In this document: in pieces, positions 30,979 through 40,873 of the stretch | Layout of the letters: each line of letters opens with the position of its first letter | How positions within the stretch are numbered: position 1 is the first letter of the stretch | Assembly (NCBI GenBank): GCA_977020255.1 | Contig: CDROCS010001089.1 | Location: 124,001 to 188,000, forward strand | DNA length: 64,000 nt | Direction of reading: 5' to 3' | From: Obrimoposthia wandeli | Lineage: Eukaryota | Translations under genes and position numbers: made by a program | The notes under the pieces: generated by a model | Database searches by the model: none | What the model was told of the DNA's origin: nothing | The model's input: the letters and a program-made list of their open reading frames with translations, nothing else

Positions 30979-31094
30979 CCTATTTTGATCAGATTAATTT
31001 TAGTTAAGCGCATTAGCTCAGCTAAACCCATATTATTTATATGGAGATTATCAATAAAATAATTGTACTGCACAAACCAAAAAGCTCTATCAAT

Positions 31095-31113
31095 TGATAA
31101 GAAAAACTAATCA
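31095..31113. promoter_or_regulatory. LysR-type operator candidate TGATAAG-N5-CTAATCA
   Basis: One mismatch to the perfect palindrome at 39334-39352; upstream of the 607-aa/DUF3726 operon. Confidence 0.65.
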
Positions 31114-31241
31114 AGACTGTATTTTTATTAATAATTCCTATTAAACTTTTAAGCTATTTTTTGCCTTATGCGTCTTATAGTACATATAATTACCCTTAAA
31201 CCCTCAATTGAACTGCCAGCTATTTCAGCCATATTAAATTC

Positions 31242-33389
31242 TTGTTCGTCATACTTTTCACATACACCCGCAATTGCAGTATATTAGGCACATTTTCATT
31301 GGTTATGCCTGTAATGATTATAAAGCGGCGCTATATTATCAGCATTTTTTTGTTTACCAGCTTAAGCTTAAGCTGGCTTAGCTATTTTTACGTGCGCGAC
31401 TGGGAGCTTACCAATACTCAGCAATACAATAGCTCACAACTTCTAAACACTATCTCTGCGGTACGCTCAGCCCTAAATAAATTCCACGCACTGCCTTATA
31501 TTGTCTCTCAGCAATTAGATGTTCAAGCATTGCTGGATGACTCTAACTTAAAAAACCTGTTTCGAGTGCGCCGTTACTTAGAGCAAACAAATTTAATTGT
31601 CGGCTCTGCCGCTTTGTTAGTCTTAGATCGTAAAGGAGATGTTGCCGCTTATAGTAATTGGCGCGCACAGCCTAACTCGGTAAATACCAACTATCACCAG
31701 AGTGTTTTTTTTCAACAAGCCATCAAAGGCGAACAAGGCAGTGGCGTATGGTTTGATGAGCACCGCGCGGCTTGGTTTTATTTTTCTGCGCCTGTTTACC
31801 ACTTACAGCGTTTAATTGGTGTCGCGGTAATTCGTATCGATATCGCGAAGACGCTAGAAGAGCTAACCACACGAGAAGCCTTTTATCTAAGTGATCGCCA
31901 AAACGCCTTGATCTATGCAACCAAAGCGTTGGGTATACCTCCTAGTGATCAACTCATTAATGGTACTTTCGATACTTTCAATACCTTCAATACTTCCATT
32001 ACAGAAACCTTACTCGATGGTACTACTATTAATGTGCTGAGAAAAAACACCACTGACTATTTAGTTCAACAAGTATTGTTAGATGATACCCAGTGGAATA
32101 TTGGTGTGCTGACACCGCTGAATGTCAAATCCAAACCCTTTTGGGGCAGCGCAGCTGTGTTTTCTAGTACCCTTATCTTAGCTTTAATGCTGATGTATTT
32201 GCGAGAATGGCGCGCTAAAAAATTGTCACAACAACAAGTGATAGCGGCTCAGTTAGAGAGTGAAGCGCGTGCTCGCCATATCATCAATACTGCTCAATCA
32301 GGTTTGATTACCTTAGATAAGCACGCAAATATAACCTTTATCAACCCATTAGTGATGCAGCAGTTTGGCATTTCATTGAGTAATGTTGCCAATCAGCCGC
32401 TGGGAATACTATTCGATAATTTGTTGAATTTTGTCTCCCTAGACAGAGCACTAGAGAACTTAAAAAAAGGCACTTTCAGCCCACTAACCGGTTATGAAGT
32501 GGTTGCTAAGCGTTCTGATGGTTCTCTTTTCCCTGTCATGTTTAGCATCAAACTAATGCGCAGTACCCCCGTTATTGAATATCTGGTGACCTTGGTTGAC
32601 ATCACTAAACGTAAACAGCTGGAGCGCAGCCTTAAAGAAGCGAATGAATCCTTGGAAGACAAGGTCAGCAGGCGTACCAGAGCCCTAGAAAGCGCGCAGT
32701 CTGAGCTACTTAAAGTTGAAAAAATGGCGGTATTAGGGCGTATGTCTACGGCCATTGTTCACGAAATTAACCAACCGCTTACGGCACTGCGCAACTATTT
32801 GGCGATTTTAGCGCGCGTTAAAGACAACCCAGATTTAATCGACCAGCAACTTGATTCGCTTAATCATTTAGTCGACAACATGGTGGTGATTACTCGCCAG
32901 TTAAAAACATTCTCCTACGCTAAACCTAATAGAGGCCAAGCTGTTGATCTTGTTAGCGTCACTCGCGATGTATTCGCGCTATTAGCCCCTGAATTCGCAC
33001 AGCAGCAAATTCACTGTGAATTCAACACCCAAAGTGACAGTGTGATAGTACTGGCTGACCGAACAGGGCTAGAGCAAGTGCTGTTTAACTTACTGCGTAA
33101 CGCAATGGATGCTATGGCACAAACCCATACTAAAGAAATAAAATTGCAGTATTGTATTGTCGAACATAGAATCGTTTGTCAGCTCAGTGATACTGGTGGA
33201 GGAGTTGACGAGCAGCAGTTAAGCCAAATATTCGAGCCGTTTTTTACCACTAAAGAGATTGGTATGGGCCTCGGTTTAGGACTATCGATTATCAAAAATA
33301 TTCTCGATGATTTCCAGGGTGATATCAGTGCTAAAAATACCTCGACAGGCTTAGCCTTTACCTTTAGCTTACCTTTGCTATTAGATTAA
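31242..33389 (+). CDS. DctB-like PAS sensor histidine kinase (likely start 31305 or 31314)
   Basis: Periplasmic Cache-like region, PAS domain (AKRSDGSLFPV), H-box IVHEINQPL, N-box NLLRNAMDA and G-boxes DTGGG and GMGLGLGL. Confidence 0.88.
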   Translation: MFVILFTYTRNCSILGTFSLVMPVMIIKRRYIISIFLFTSLSLSWLSYFYVRDWELTNTQQYNSSQLLNTISAVRSALNKFHALPYIVSQQLDVQALLDDSNLKNLFRVRRYLEQTNLIVGSAALLVLDRKGDVAAYSNWRAQPNSVNTNYHQSVFFQQAIKGEQGSGVWFDEHRAAWFYFSAPVYHLQRLIGVAVIRIDIAKTLEELTTREAFYLSDRQNALIYATKALGIPPSDQLINGTFDTFNTFNTSITETLLDGTTINVLRKNTTDYLVQQVLLDDTQWNIGVLTPLNVKSKPFWGSAAVFSSTLILALMLMYLREWRAKKLSQQQVIAAQLESEARARHIINTAQSGLITLDKHANITFINPLVMQQFGISLSNVANQPLGILFDNLLNFVSLDRALENLKKGTFSPLTGYEVVAKRSDGSLFPVMFSIKLMRSTPVIEYLVTLVDITKRKQLERSLKEANESLEDKVSRRTRALESAQSELLKVEKMAVLGRMSTAIVHEINQPLTALRNYLAILARVKDNPDLIDQQLDSLNHLVDNMVVITRQLKTFSYAKPNRGQAVDLVSVTRDVFALLAPEFAQQQIHCEFNTQSDSVIVLADRTGLEQVLFNLLRNAMDAMAQTHTKEIKLQYCIVEHRIVCQLSDTGGGVDEQQLSQIFEPFFTTKEIGMGLGLGLSIIKNILDDFQGDISAKNTSTGLAFTFSLPLLLD

Positions 33390-33443
33390 GTGGCCAAATA
33401 GAATTACTAAACGAAGAGTCTGCATACATAGAGAAGAGTACTA

Positions 33444-34835
33444 GTGAATAAATTACAAGTTATCTTGGTTGACGATGAGCGCTCAGTGCGCGAATCAACT
33501 GCGCAGTGGCTTACTATCTGCGGTTTTGAAGTGCGCAGTTTTAGCGATCCACGACAGGTGCTAGCAGTCTTAGACGCTGCCTTTTTTGGCGCGGTGGTCA
33601 GCGATGTATTGATGCCTCAGCTCAGTGGTCTTGAACTTATGCAGCAGATACATCAGCGTTTCCCCAATGTACCTGTCATCCTCCTCACGGGGCACGGTGA
33701 TGTCGATATGGCGACCCAAGCCATGAAGCTAGGTGCTTACGACTTTATGGAAAAGCCTTATTTACCGGAACGCTTAAGTGAAAGAGTGCACCGCGCTTGC
33801 GATAAACATTTACTGTTACAAGAAAACAATAAACTACAAAACCACTTGGCATCGTTACAGGGAATAGAAGCCACTTTAATTGGCATTTCTGCGCCGATGC
33901 AGCACTTACGTAAGCAAGTAATGCGCTTAGCAGCACTGGATACCAGCGTGGTTATTTACGGAGAAACTGGCACTGGCAAAGAACTAGTCGCACAGTGTTT
34001 ACACGATTTTAGCTCACGCCAGAAAAAAAACTTTGTGCCCATAAATTGTAGCGCCATTCCTGAGTCACTGATTGAAAGTGAATTATTCGGCCATGAAGCA
34101 GGTGCTTTCACTGGCGCTAAATCTCGGCGCATCGGTAAATTTGAACATGCAGATGGTGGCACTTTACTATTAGATGAAATTGAAACAATGCCCGCTTTCG
34201 TGCAAGTTAAGATTTTGCGCGCATTACAAGATGGTTTGATTGAGCGCTTAGGCTCTAATAAGCAACAAAAGGTAAGACTACGAGTGGTGGCAGCCTCAAA
34301 AGAAGCACTGCGTGATCACAGCAGTTTTCGCCAAGATTTATATTATCGTCTCAATGTTTCTGAATTACATCTTCCACCTTTGCGTCAAAGAGTTGAAGAT
34401 GCTCCTCTTTTGTTTGATCACTATTTACGTATCGCCGCCAGCGATAATAACTTAACGCCCAGGGCATTGCGCGCAGGCGATATCAGTGCGCTGTTGCAAT
34501 ATGATTGGCCCGGGAATGTGCGTGAATTGAAAAACGTGGCGGTACGCTTCGCCTTAGACCATGAGCAAAATATTGCCGATATGTTACAACACCAGACCGC
34601 CCCAATGACAGGGCAAGAAAATGATAGTTGTCCAACCGATAGCAACGCTTTTGAGCATAACCAGCCACTGGCCGAGCAAGTAGCGAGCTTTGAATCCCAA
34701 CTACTTAAGAACGCACTAGCAAGGCACAGCGGCAGCATTAAACAAGTGATGTTAGAGCTAGATTTACCGCGGCGTACCATTAATCAAAAAATGATTCGCT
34801 ACGGTATTAATCGTGCAGATTTTCTCGACAGTTAA
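33444..34835 (+). CDS. DctD-like sigma54-dependent response regulator
   Basis: Receiver domain (VSDVLMP, LTGHG, EKP), GETGTGKE, GAFTGA, WPGNVRELKN and a Fis HTH. Confidence 0.9.
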   Translation: MNKLQVILVDDERSVRESTAQWLTICGFEVRSFSDPRQVLAVLDAAFFGAVVSDVLMPQLSGLELMQQIHQRFPNVPVILLTGHGDVDMATQAMKLGAYDFMEKPYLPERLSERVHRACDKHLLLQENNKLQNHLASLQGIEATLIGISAPMQHLRKQVMRLAALDTSVVIYGETGTGKELVAQCLHDFSSRQKKNFVPINCSAIPESLIESELFGHEAGAFTGAKSRRIGKFEHADGGTLLLDEIETMPAFVQVKILRALQDGLIERLGSNKQQKVRLRVVAASKEALRDHSSFRQDLYYRLNVSELHLPPLRQRVEDAPLLFDHYLRIAASDNNLTPRALRAGDISALLQYDWPGNVRELKNVAVRFALDHEQNIADMLQHQTAPMTGQENDSCPTDSNAFEHNQPLAEQVASFESQLLKNALARHSGSIKQVMLELDLPRRTINQKMIRYGINRADFLDS

Positions 34836-34871
34836 CGCTTGTTATTAATAGTAAGATGACCATTTATCGAA

Positions 34872-34920
34872 TAAGCAATAAATGGCTCATTGTTTTCTCT
34901 AATAGGCATAATATGGCTTA
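34872..34920. promoter_or_regulatory. Candidate enhancer pair (UAS) for the sigma54 activator
   Basis: Two similar imperfect palindromes, TAAGCAATAAATGGCTCA and TAGGCATAATATGGCTTA, 31 bp apart and about 65-110 bp upstream of the sigma54 box. Confidence 0.45.
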
Positions 34921-34982
34921 CTAATTCGCCTTTAATCCTCATTTTTTATTTTTTCATGTTATTTATTAAAGTGTTACAGTTT

Positions 34983-34999
34983 TTGGCATTCATCCTGCT
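34983..34999 (+). promoter_or_regulatory. sigma54 promoter of the TAXI-TRAP operon
   Basis: TTGGCATTCATCCTGCT, with GG at 34985-34986 and GC at 34997-34998. Confidence 0.65.
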
Positions 35000-35043
35000 A
35001 TCAGTACAAACAGTAAATATAATAATCAAAAAAGGAAAATTAC

Positions 35044-36069
35044 ATGTTTGCCACTTCAAATAAAATCAAAACACTTTCTTTCGCCATTGCCGCAACCGTT
35101 GCTATTGGTGGTGCAGGCTTAGCTCAAGCAGCTGAAAAGCGTTCATACATTCTTACAACCGCTTCTACTGGCGGTACTTACTATCCAGTTGGTGTAGCAC
35201 TGGCAACATTGGCTAAAATCAAACTTGAGCCAAAACACAAAATTTCGATGTCAGCGATTAACTCTGCAGGCTCTGGTGAAAATGTTAAATTGCTACGTGA
35301 AAACGAAGCACAGTTTGCGATACTTCAAGGCCTTTACGGTGCATGGGCTTGGGCAGGTGAAGGCAAGCTAAAAGATGCCGGACCACAACAGCATTTACGT
35401 TCAGTCTCTATGCTGTGGCAAAACGTTGAACAATTTGTAATCAAGAGCAAGTACGCTCAAAGCGGCACGATTTCCGATATTGCGAGCCTTGAAGGTAAAA
35501 AGTTCTCTATCGGTAAGAAAAACTCTGGTACAGAGGGATCAGGTCGTACACTGTTAAGCAATTTAGCAATGCCTGCCGATAACATGAATTTGGCATACAT
35601 GGGTTACGGCCCTTCAGCTGATGCACTACAAAACGGCACAGTAGATGGCATGAACATTCCATCGGGTGTGCCAACATCAGCTGTGACTAGAGCTTTCGCT
35701 TCTATGGGATCTGACATCAGCATTTTAAACTTCTCCGCTGAGCAGATGGAAAAAGCCAATGGTGGCTATAAATTATGGACGCCTTTCACCATTGCTGCAA
35801 ACACTTACCCAGGCCAGAGCAAAGCTGTTACGACGATTGCCCAACCTAACTTTCTTGCCGTACGCGATGATGTGACAGAAGAAGATGTCTATTTGTTAAC
35901 TAAAACTATCTACGAAAACTTAGCGTTCTTAAATGGCATCCATAAAGCGACTAAAGCAATGGCTATCGATAAAGCGATTGCAGGTCTTCCTGTGCCGTTG
36001 CACCCAGGTGCTGCACGTTACTACCAAGAAGTTGGTATTAACATTCCTGCGCACTTAATCGCGAAGTAA
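35044..36069 (+). CDS. TAXI-family TRAP solute-binding protein
   Basis: Signal peptide, TASTGGTYYPVG, SAGSGENV, GKKNSGTEGS and PLHPGAARYY. Confidence 0.92.
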   Translation: MFATSNKIKTLSFAIAATVAIGGAGLAQAAEKRSYILTTASTGGTYYPVGVALATLAKIKLEPKHKISMSAINSAGSGENVKLLRENEAQFAILQGLYGAWAWAGEGKLKDAGPQQHLRSVSMLWQNVEQFVIKSKYAQSGTISDIASLEGKKFSIGKKNSGTEGSGRTLLSNLAMPADNMNLAYMGYGPSADALQNGTVDGMNIPSGVPTSAVTRAFASMGSDISILNFSAEQMEKANGGYKLWTPFTIAANTYPGQSKAVTTIAQPNFLAVRDDVTEEDVYLLTKTIYENLAFLNGIHKATKAMAIDKAIAGLPVPLHPGAARYYQEVGINIPAHLIAK

Positions 36070-36101
36070 TTACCCTTCCTAGTTATCTAACTACCAAGCT
36101 A

Positions 36102-36136
36102 ATAACAGTGGCGAGCAAATGTCGCTGTTATCTTTT
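36102..36136 (+). terminator. Stem-loop between the TAXI SBP and permease genes
   Basis: ATAACAGTGGC/GTCGCTGTTAT stem (with G-U pairs) followed by CTTTT. Confidence 0.45.
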
Positions 36137-36147
36137 CAAGACCTGTA

Positions 36148-38322
36148 TTGGCGGTATCTGCTAGATACAAACAAGGTATTTCTATGTCTACTCAAACGAG
36201 ATCATCCTCCCAAGCACTAGATTCAGAACTTGATACCGCGCTCAAAGAGATGCAGCTAACCCAGCGTGGTGACCAGAGCGTCGCCGGTAAGCTTGTGTAT
36301 TGGCTTGGTGTTATGTTCGCACTCACACATATTTACTTCAACACTTTAGGCACATGGTCAGAGCTTTATGTTTCGGCTATTCACTTTGGCGGTTTTGCCC
36401 TTATCTGTGCATTGATGTACCCAGCGGCTAAGGGAAAACTTGCCCAAAGTAAAATTCTACTGTTACTCGATATCGTATTAGGCATAACAGCGATCGTTTG
36501 CGCTTGGTATTTGATTAGCGCAGAAGATGCACTCTATGCACGCGGTGTAAAATTCAACAACAGTGACTGGGTCTTCTCTTTTTTAGCCATCATTATCGTG
36601 CTTGAATTAGTTAGGCGCACCACAGGCTGGTTTATTCCCTGCATGATAGTAACCGCACTCACTTATGTATTTTGGTGGGGCCCTTATGTCGATGGTATGT
36701 TTGGCTTTGCAGGTCTCAGCTTAGAAACAGTGATGTTCCGCTCTTATTTCTCTGGTGAAGGGATGTTTGGGGCGATTGCGCGTATTTCGTGGACTTTTGT
36801 GTTCATGTTTATCTTGTTTGGTGCCTTTTTGGTTAAATCAGGTGCGGGCGAATTTATTATCGAATTATCACGCTGCGCTGCAGGGCGCTTTGTAGGTGGT
36901 CCGGGCTTTGTCGCTGTCATAGGTTCTGGTCTAATGGGCTCTGTTTCAGGCTCTTCTGTAGCCAATACGGTTTCAACTGGCGTGATCACCATACCTTTAA
37001 TGCGCAAGGCTGGATTCCCCGCAAAATTTGCCGCCGCTGTTGAAGCCGCAGCTTCCACTGGAGGCCAGCTTATGCCACCCGTGATGGGAGCCGGTGCATT
37101 TATCATGGCTTCATATACGCAGATTTCTTACGTGCAAATTATTTCCATTGCCGCACTGCCTGCGCTACTTTATTTCTTGTCTGTTGGTTTTTATGTGCGC
37201 GTTGAAGCACAGCGTAGCCACGCTCACGCAGTGGAAGTTGACGCACGCCCAATAGGCCGAGTATTCAAAGAAGGCTGGCATTTTATATTGCCGCTAGCGG
37301 TACTGGTTAGCTTGCTGATTTACGGCTTTACGCCCACTTATGCCGCCGGTATTGCCATTATTGCAGTGATCATCTCTTCTTGGTTATCTAAAACGCCTAT
37401 GGGGATTACAGAGATTTTAGATGCTCTAGCGCAGGGCAGCAAAAATATGGCTAGTACTGCTATTTTGCTGATCGCTATTGGGTTAGTGGTCAACGTGGTT
37501 GCCATGACAGGCATTGGCAACACCTTCTCTTTGATGGTGACTGATTGGGCCGCCGGTAGTTTATTAATTACCTTAGTGCTAATTGCATTCGCTTCATTAA
37601 TACTGGGAATGGGCTTGCCGGTTACCGCAGCTTATATCGTATTAGCCACACTTTCGGCCCCTGCACTGTACAATTTAATTGCCGAGATGAAGTTACTCGA
37701 TTTAATGGTCGACGGTGGATTACCCGAAGCTGCGCGCACTATTTTTCTCTTGATAGACCCTTCGAAAATACCGCTTTTGAGCGCGCCAATGTCATTAATT
37801 GATGCGCAAGCGTTACTTGATTTAGTGCCTGCGGACTTTAAAGGCCAGCTTTTAGAGCAATCGCTTGATCCACAAGTGCTGACGATGGTACTGCTATCGG
37901 CTCACATGATCATATTTTGGTTGTCACAAGATTCTAATGTCACACCACCTGTGTGTTTAACAGCCTTTGCCGCCGCCGCGATTGCTAAAACACCCCCTAT
38001 GGCAACCGGGCTTAGCGCTTGGAAAGTTGCTAAGGGCTTGTATATCGTGCCGTTGATTTTCGCCTACACCAACTTCATTGGCGGCACCACAATAGAAGTA
38101 CTCTCAGTCTTTTTCTTCTCGATGTTTGGGCTATATGCTTTTGTCGGATTGATGGAAGGCTATTTGGAGGGGCCGCTTAATTTATTACTGCGCCTCGCGT
38201 CAGGTTTGTTGATGTTAGGCTTGTTATGGCCACATCCAATGTTGTGGCTCAAGTTATTGTGCGTAGTACTGTTTATTGGGTTATTCATGCACAGTAAGCG
38301 CAAGCACAGTGAATCCGTTTAA
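36148..38322 (+). CDS. TRAP fused DctQM permease (4TM/12TM; likely start ATG 36184)
   Basis: GSVSGSSVANTVSTG, AASTGGQLMPPVMGAGAF, LGMGLPVTAAY and SNVTPPV. Confidence 0.92.
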   Translation: MAVSARYKQGISMSTQTRSSSQALDSELDTALKEMQLTQRGDQSVAGKLVYWLGVMFALTHIYFNTLGTWSELYVSAIHFGGFALICALMYPAAKGKLAQSKILLLLDIVLGITAIVCAWYLISAEDALYARGVKFNNSDWVFSFLAIIIVLELVRRTTGWFIPCMIVTALTYVFWWGPYVDGMFGFAGLSLETVMFRSYFSGEGMFGAIARISWTFVFMFILFGAFLVKSGAGEFIIELSRCAAGRFVGGPGFVAVIGSGLMGSVSGSSVANTVSTGVITIPLMRKAGFPAKFAAAVEAAASTGGQLMPPVMGAGAFIMASYTQISYVQIISIAALPALLYFLSVGFYVRVEAQRSHAHAVEVDARPIGRVFKEGWHFILPLAVLVSLLIYGFTPTYAAGIAIIAVIISSWLSKTPMGITEILDALAQGSKNMASTAILLIAIGLVVNVVAMTGIGNTFSLMVTDWAAGSLLITLVLIAFASLILGMGLPVTAAYIVLATLSAPALYNLIAEMKLLDLMVDGGLPEAARTIFLLIDPSKIPLLSAPMSLIDAQALLDLVPADFKGQLLEQSLDPQVLTMVLLSAHMIIFWLSQDSNVTPPVCLTAFAAAAIAKTPPMATGLSAWKVAKGLYIVPLIFAYTNFIGGTTIEVLSVFFFSMFGLYAFVGLMEGYLEGPLNLLLRLASGLLMLGLLWPHPMLWLKLLCVVLFIGLFMHSKRKHSESV

Positions 38323-38416
38323 CCCGTGGCCTAGACTTTCAAAGTGAAAAAGGCAGAGCAATTGCAGTCAATCGCTGCTTTTTCTCTGCTAACAGCTAAC
38401 TATCAATTACTAGCAT

Positions 38417-39334
38417 CTAACCACTGACAGGAAGGTTATCCATCTCTTCTTTTTGATTGATAATGAAATCTACCATGGCTTGAGCAGGTGGTGATAATGC
38501 TTTATTTTTCAGCATCACTATGCCAATTTTTCGCTTTACTGTTGGTTCAGCCAAAGAAATAAAAGCAAGTTTAGGATTATCTTTAGGGAAGGCATACCAA
38601 GGTAAAGTGGTTATGCCAAACCCTGCTTCAAGCATTGCTATTAATGAAATCATATTCGATACATAAAACTGTGATTTTTCAATTACCGCTTTCGCTTCAA
38701 TGCTCTTCAGTAACCGTGAAGTGCCATTGGCAATTAAACGATGCTGGCTAAGCTTTTCCCAATCTAAGTTAGTAAATTGCGTCAATGGATGATCAACAGG
38801 ACACACCACTCCAATCTGATCCTCCCAGATGGGAATAAACACTTTATCGCTATGTTCATTCTCATCAAACAGATGGGAAATACCAAAATCCACTTGCTGG
38901 TTCTCGATCATTCTCATCACTGCATCTGAATTATCATCATAAAGGCTAATCTTTAATTCAGGAGAGCCCTTGATAAATTTCTGTAATAACCCCGGCAAAA
39001 TTCTACTGGCAATCGACGGCACTGATGCAAAACGTAAATGTCCTGCTTTGTATTGAGAAAGCAGCATCATATCTTGCGCAATGCGATCGTGATGCGCAAT
39101 AAATTCTTTTGCCTTGGGCATAAAGTATAAGCCGAACGGGGTTAGCTCTGTTTTTGAGCTCTTCGCTTCACGTTTTTCAAATAAAGATTGCCCTAACTTA
39201 TTTTCCAAATCACGAATAGACAGTGATATAGCAGGCTGGGTACGGTGTGCTTTGTGAGCGGCCAAATGAAACCCTTTAAGCTCTGCGACCCATACAAAGT
39301 GGCGAAGTTGTGCAATTTTAAACTCAGGCAACAT
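38417..39334 (-). CDS. LysR-family regulator of the catabolic locus
   Basis: HTH GFHLAAHKAHRTQPAISLSIRDLE; divergent from the aldehyde dehydrogenase gene. Confidence 0.9.
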   Translation of the reverse strand: MLPEFKIAQLRHFVWVAELKGFHLAAHKAHRTQPAISLSIRDLENKLGQSLFEKREAKSSKTELTPFGLYFMPKAKEFIAHHDRIAQDMMLLSQYKAGHLRFASVPSIASRILPGLLQKFIKGSPELKISLYDDNSDAVMRMIENQQVDFGISHLFDENEHSDKVFIPIWEDQIGVVCPVDHPLTQFTNLDWEKLSQHRLIANGTSRLLKSIEAKAVIEKSQFYVSNMISLIAMLEAGFGITTLPWYAFPKDNPKLAFISLAEPTVKRKIGIVMLKNKALSPPAQAMVDFIINQKEEMDNLPVSG

Positions 39335-39352
39335 GATAAGTTTCCCTTATCA
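39334..39352. promoter_or_regulatory. LysR operator TGATAAG-N5-CTTATCA
   Basis: Perfect 7-bp inverted repeat containing the T-N11-A box, overlapping the LysR start codon in the divergent promoter. Confidence 0.7.
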
Positions 39353-39426
39353 AAAGATATTATTAATTAATTTTTATTATTTAACCATATTACTTATCAT
39401 AGGTTCAATTAATTCTGGAGATCATC

Positions 39427-40869
39427 ATGACTAATTCCGTATATAAAAACTACATTGCTGGTGAGTGGGTCACTACAACTAATACTATTGATAACATAAG
39501 CCCTGCTGACAGCACGGATCTAATTGGTGTTTATGCCCAGGCGGATGCTGCACAAACAATTGCAGCGATTGACGCAGCGAAACAAGGCCAACTAGCGTGG
39601 CAAGAAAGCGGCCTAGAGCAGCGCTATTCCGTGCTAATGGCTATTGGTGATGAACTACTTGAGCGCAGTGCTGAGCTTGGTAAGTTGCTGGCCAGAGAAG
39701 AAGGTAAAACACTGGCTGAAGGTAAAGGTGAAGTTTACCGTTCAGGTCAGTTCTTTCATTACTACGCGGCTGAAGTGCTGCGCCAAATGGGTGAAACAGC
39801 CGCCTCTGTACGCCCTGGTGTTTCAATTGAAACTTACCGTGAGCCGGTAGGTGTTGTCGCAATTATCACTCCTTGGAATTTTCCTACTGCTACCGGTGCT
39901 TGGAAAATTGCACCAGCACTCGCGTTTGGTAATGCAGTGGTCTTTAAACCTGCTAACCAAGTGCCGGCGAGTGCTTGGGCATTAACTGAAATTATTTCTC
40001 GTCAAAACCTACCCGCTGGTACTTTTAACTTAGTGATGGGGCCTGGCTCTGAAGTTGGCGAAACGATTATTAATTCTAGAAAAATTAATGCATTAAGCTT
40101 TACAGGATCATTAGAAACAGGTCGTAAAGTTGCAATTGCTACTGCGACTAACTTAGTTAAATGCCAGCTAGAAATGGGCAGCAAGAACGCACTTATCGTA
40201 CTTGATGATGCCGATTTAGATACGGCTGTTGAATGCGCAGTCAGTGGTGCTTTCTTTGGTACTGGTCAAAAATGTACTGCCTCATCACGCTTAATCGTTA
40301 CTGCGGGTATTCATGACACGTTCGTGGCAGCTGTGATTGAAAGAATGAAGAAGCTTGTGGTCGGTCACCCTCTTAAAGAAGGTGTTCACATTGGCGCGGT
40401 TGCCGATGCACGCCAAATGCAGCAGAACCTAGACTATTTAGCGATTGCTAAAAAAGAAGGTGCGACACTGGCTTACGGTGGCGAAATCATCAAAGAAGAA
40501 ACCGATGGTCATTTCTTACAACCTGCACTATTCATTGATACCACTAATGATATGACCATCAACCGCGATGAAGCTTTTGCGCCTATCGCTTGTGTGATTA
40601 AGGTTGCAGATTACGATGAAGCCTTAGCGACACTTAATGATACTAACTACGGCCTAACCGGCGGCATCATTACGCAGTCACTTAAATACGCTAACCACTT
40701 TAAGCGCAATGCTGAGACTGGCTGTGTGATGATTAACTTACCCACTGCTGGCACTGATTATCACGTACCTTTTGGTGGTCGTAAAGAGTCAAGCTTTGGC
40801 CCGAGAGAGCAAGGTTCCTACGCTAAAGAGTTCTACACGATTGTTAAAACTTCTTATATGAAATCATAA
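39427..40869 (+). CDS. NAD(P)-dependent aldehyde dehydrogenase (alpha-ketoglutaric semialdehyde dehydrogenase-like)
   Basis: TPWNFP, FTGSLETG, LEMGSKN, catalytic GQKCTAS and EAFAP. Confidence 0.9.
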   Translation: MTNSVYKNYIAGEWVTTTNTIDNISPADSTDLIGVYAQADAAQTIAAIDAAKQGQLAWQESGLEQRYSVLMAIGDELLERSAELGKLLAREEGKTLAEGKGEVYRSGQFFHYYAAEVLRQMGETAASVRPGVSIETYREPVGVVAIITPWNFPTATGAWKIAPALAFGNAVVFKPANQVPASAWALTEIISRQNLPAGTFNLVMGPGSEVGETIINSRKINALSFTGSLETGRKVAIATATNLVKCQLEMGSKNALIVLDDADLDTAVECAVSGAFFGTGQKCTASSRLIVTAGIHDTFVAAVIERMKKLVVGHPLKEGVHIGAVADARQMQQNLDYLAIAKKEGATLAYGGEIIKEETDGHFLQPALFIDTTNDMTINRDEAFAPIACVIKVADYDEALATLNDTNYGLTGGIITQSLKYANHFKRNAETGCVMINLPTAGTDYHVPFGGRKESSFGPREQGSYAKEFYTIVKTSYMKS

Positions 40870-40873
40870 GGAG

